A stretch of 64,000 nucleotides of DNA, taken from positions 403,305-467,304 of the forward strand of contig CM119265.1 of the NCBI GenBank assembly GCA_051294375.1, in the 5' to 3' direction. A model generated the notes under the pieces. It did not search any database and was not told where the DNA came from. It was given only the letters and a program-made list of their open reading frames with translations. Shown here piece by piece: positions 61,285-64,000 of this stretch; the first letter of the stretch is position 1, and every line of letters starts with the position of its first letter. A program made the translations under genes and the position numbers. This DNA is from Paraspadella gotoi (lineage: Eukaryota > Animalia > Chaetognatha).

Positions 61285-63479
61285 TTAACATAATAAATAA
61301 GTTCTCTTTTATATATAGTTGGCTTCATTTATCATAACGCGCGACTCTTATTTTGATGTGACCGGGGAGGATGCTTTCATCGCAAAAGATAGAAAAAAGA
61401 CAGGAGAGAGATGCTGAATTTCTTTATCGACTTCGTATCAATTTGTAAAATTCGGAGCGCGAAGAACGATTTGACCATCGAGGCTCGTTGTTAAAATCAA
61501 ATCCAGTCTAACAGTTTTTCTCTTCAAATTTTTTTCTCAAGTTTGAGCAATCAATGTCGGATCTGCTAAATATCAGCTAAATAGATGATAATCACGATAA
61601 GTCTTTGTGATATTTACAGATCATAACAGATCATGTAACAAATCATAACTGACTTCTTAATAAATCTTTAAAAGTTCCCCTTACCATGAAAAATCGTTTT
61701 AGTTTCATCTTAATTATGGCAGATACCGTAATTAGAATGATTGTCGTAAAAGAAATCATGTCTTACCGTATTTTGAAAGCATAGAAATTCACCCAGTGAG
61801 TTCTATGTTATAAGGAGAAGATAACTATAGCCAACCGTTTTTTTAAAGAAAGAGTGTTTCATATTTATCATTGTTGAAAATACCCAAATCAAAATCACTG
61901 CCCATAAAAGATCCAGAAATTTCATCTCTATATCTGACGATGATGACAATGGGTCATGCCGGACGCTAATCGTCAAAAAAATACTGGAAACTATTTCAGT
62001 CACATAAAATCAGCGAGATTGAATACGGTCAGCCATCTGCGTTGCTGATCGGGCATTTCTATCAACCGAAAACCTTTTTATCGTCGCTGTGGTTTTGCAC
62101 ATGAGTGGCGTCGTCGTCGTTGTTGTCGTCGTCGGCGTTTTTTATGATTAAATTTGGGTGTATGAAGCTGAAAATTTNNNNNNNNNNNNNNNNNNNNNNN
62201 NNNNNNNNNNNNNNNNNNNNNNNNNNNNNNNNNNNNNNNNNNNNNNNNNNNNNNNNNNNNNNNNNNNNNNNNNNNNNNNNNNNNNNNNNNNNNNNNNNNN
62301 NNNNNNNNNNNNNNNNNNNNNNNNNNNNNNNNNNNNNNNNNNNNNNNNNNNNNNNNNNNNNNNNNNNNNNNNNNNNNNNNNNNNNNNNNNNNNNNNNNNN
62401 NNNNNNNNNNNNNNNNNNNNNNNNNNNNNNNNNNNNNNNNNNNNNNNNNNNNNNNNNNNNNNNNNNNNNNNNNNNNNNNNNNNNNNNNNNNNNNNNNNNN
62501 NNNNNNNNNNNNNNNNNNNNNNNNNNNNNCTCTCTCTCTCTCTCTTTCTTTCTTTCTCTCTTTCTTTCTCTCTTTTTCAATTGATTTATATAAAACATAG
62601 TTTTCCTTTATCAAATTTGATTTTTTGAGAGTTTTTTTCTCTTACGAGATTTTCTTGTCGCGCCAAAAGTTGACAATGGTTTTTTTCTCGCCCTCGCTTT
62701 TTGCCGAGATTCATAGAGAAGTTCATACAACTAAGTTAACTCTTGTAAAGTTAAATTTAAAAAAACAATTTTAAAAACGAAATATTAAGAGAATTTGTTT
62801 TATCATGTAATAATGTCTCTTTTCAAGGAAACCATTAAATTTACGGGAATTCTTCGAACTTTCTTTGATTGAAAAAGACCGGATTACCCAAGAAAGTGCG
62901 TGTTTTGCAGCCTCGGGATTGAAAAAAAGTTTTTTGGAGACGCTACAATTGTTGGCAGATCCGACATTGTTTGCTCAAATTTGTTTCTTTTTATATTAAA
63001 CATATAAGCAAACTGCATTAATGAATTGATTAATTATATGATTGTTACATTTAGTTGTTTCTTGGTCGCTGTATAAAATAAAATGTCGTTTATCCATTAG
63101 GCCGGAGCGATGGAAGAGTATATTGATCGAACATGTAAAATCTGTTGCGTATTGCAATAAAGAAAACATTTTTATAACAAAATTTATTTAAAATATTTTG
63201 GAACAGTATCACTTTATCGATTTTTTATAATTTTATCACCTATTCACTTTTAATTGGTTCTTTTCAGTCACGTGACATTATACAGCCAATCAGCATCAGT
63301 TATTCTAGCTCAAATTTTATTAAACAAAAATAAGAATGTTGTTTTGTTCTCGATTTTTTTTGATTAAGTTTTAAATCATAGCAGGATAAGACCTTATTAG
63401 CCGGAAACAATGACGCAAAAATAATCTTTTTTTGCGGTCCGACGGTAGGAAAGTAATGGAAGGGAATTCGTGACTTTTT

Positions 63480-64000
63480 GGATTTCTCCGCTCTCATAAA
63501 ACTCCGCGCTTTCTGACGAATCAGGAATCCGCATACTGAATGACAAGCTGCCGTCAACTCTTTAATCATTCTTTCGAAGGCCTGGGTATGACAATTGAAT
63601 TTAGAAACGCTCAAAGGANNNNNNNNNNNNNNNNNNNNNNNNNNNNNNNNNNNNNNNNNNNNNNNNNNNNNNNNNNNNNNNNNNNNNNNNNNNNNNNNNN
63701 NNNNNNNNNNNNNNNNNNNNNNNNNNNNNNNNNNNNNNNNNNNNNNNNNNNNNNNNNNNNNNNNNNNNNNNNNNNNNNNNNTTTAGTCGTGAAAATGGGT
63801 TCAGTAACAATTAAGTCATCCAAACTTATAACATTATAAATAGCATCGACGACAACAACGACAGCAAACGCTCGCTCACACAACGACCGAATGAAGAAGG
63901 AGAGGGACAGTTGAACTGCACGCGATCTGAGGAGCGTTGGGACTAAAGTTTAAATTAAAATCCCAGCAGGCAATGGACGCACGATACCTCTCCCAAACCT
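63480..64000 (-). pseudogene. Degenerate DNA-transposase C-terminal fragment (hAT-like)
   Basis: Ordered motifs VRP..LNF, Y..I....VTEPIFT and CHTQAFERMIKELTAA..VCG.LIRQ..RS.M resemble, from memory, the TEPPLT/CHTQAVER tail of invertebrate transposases; interrupted by stops and a gap. Confidence 0.5.

Overview
Eukaryotic chromosome-end region from a noisy, gapped long-read assembly. (CCCTAA)n is on the + strand, so the terminus should lie to the left. Positions 1-32123 hold a head-to-tail array of Ty3/gypsy LTR retrotransposons of the CsRn1/Kabuki type (CHCC Gag knuckle, tRNA-Trp-like PBS, -1 gag/pol frameshift): six copies or fragments from four divergent families (A-D) plus an ~850-bp non-autonomous TRIM. 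All are on the - strand. Every readable outer LTR end abuts telomeric repeat in one phase (...TAACCC|TG-element-CA|ACCCTAA..., inferred 4-bp TSD ACCC/GGGT). The LTRs of all five families carry a tRNA-like A-box/B-box module, and three families share a short basic motif in an extended integrase tail. Positions 32124-42292 are a ~10-kb telomeric tract. Positions 42293-64000 are AT-rich subtelomere with DINE-1/HINE-like elements, a tRNA-SINE-like cassette homologous to the TRIM LTR, microsatellites, a transposase remnant and probable assembly duplications. The main candidate novel system is a telomere-repeat-specific LTR retrotransposon group with Pol III modules in its LTRs and its own miniature parasite. 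Coordinates in error-rich parts are approximate and no database searches were run.
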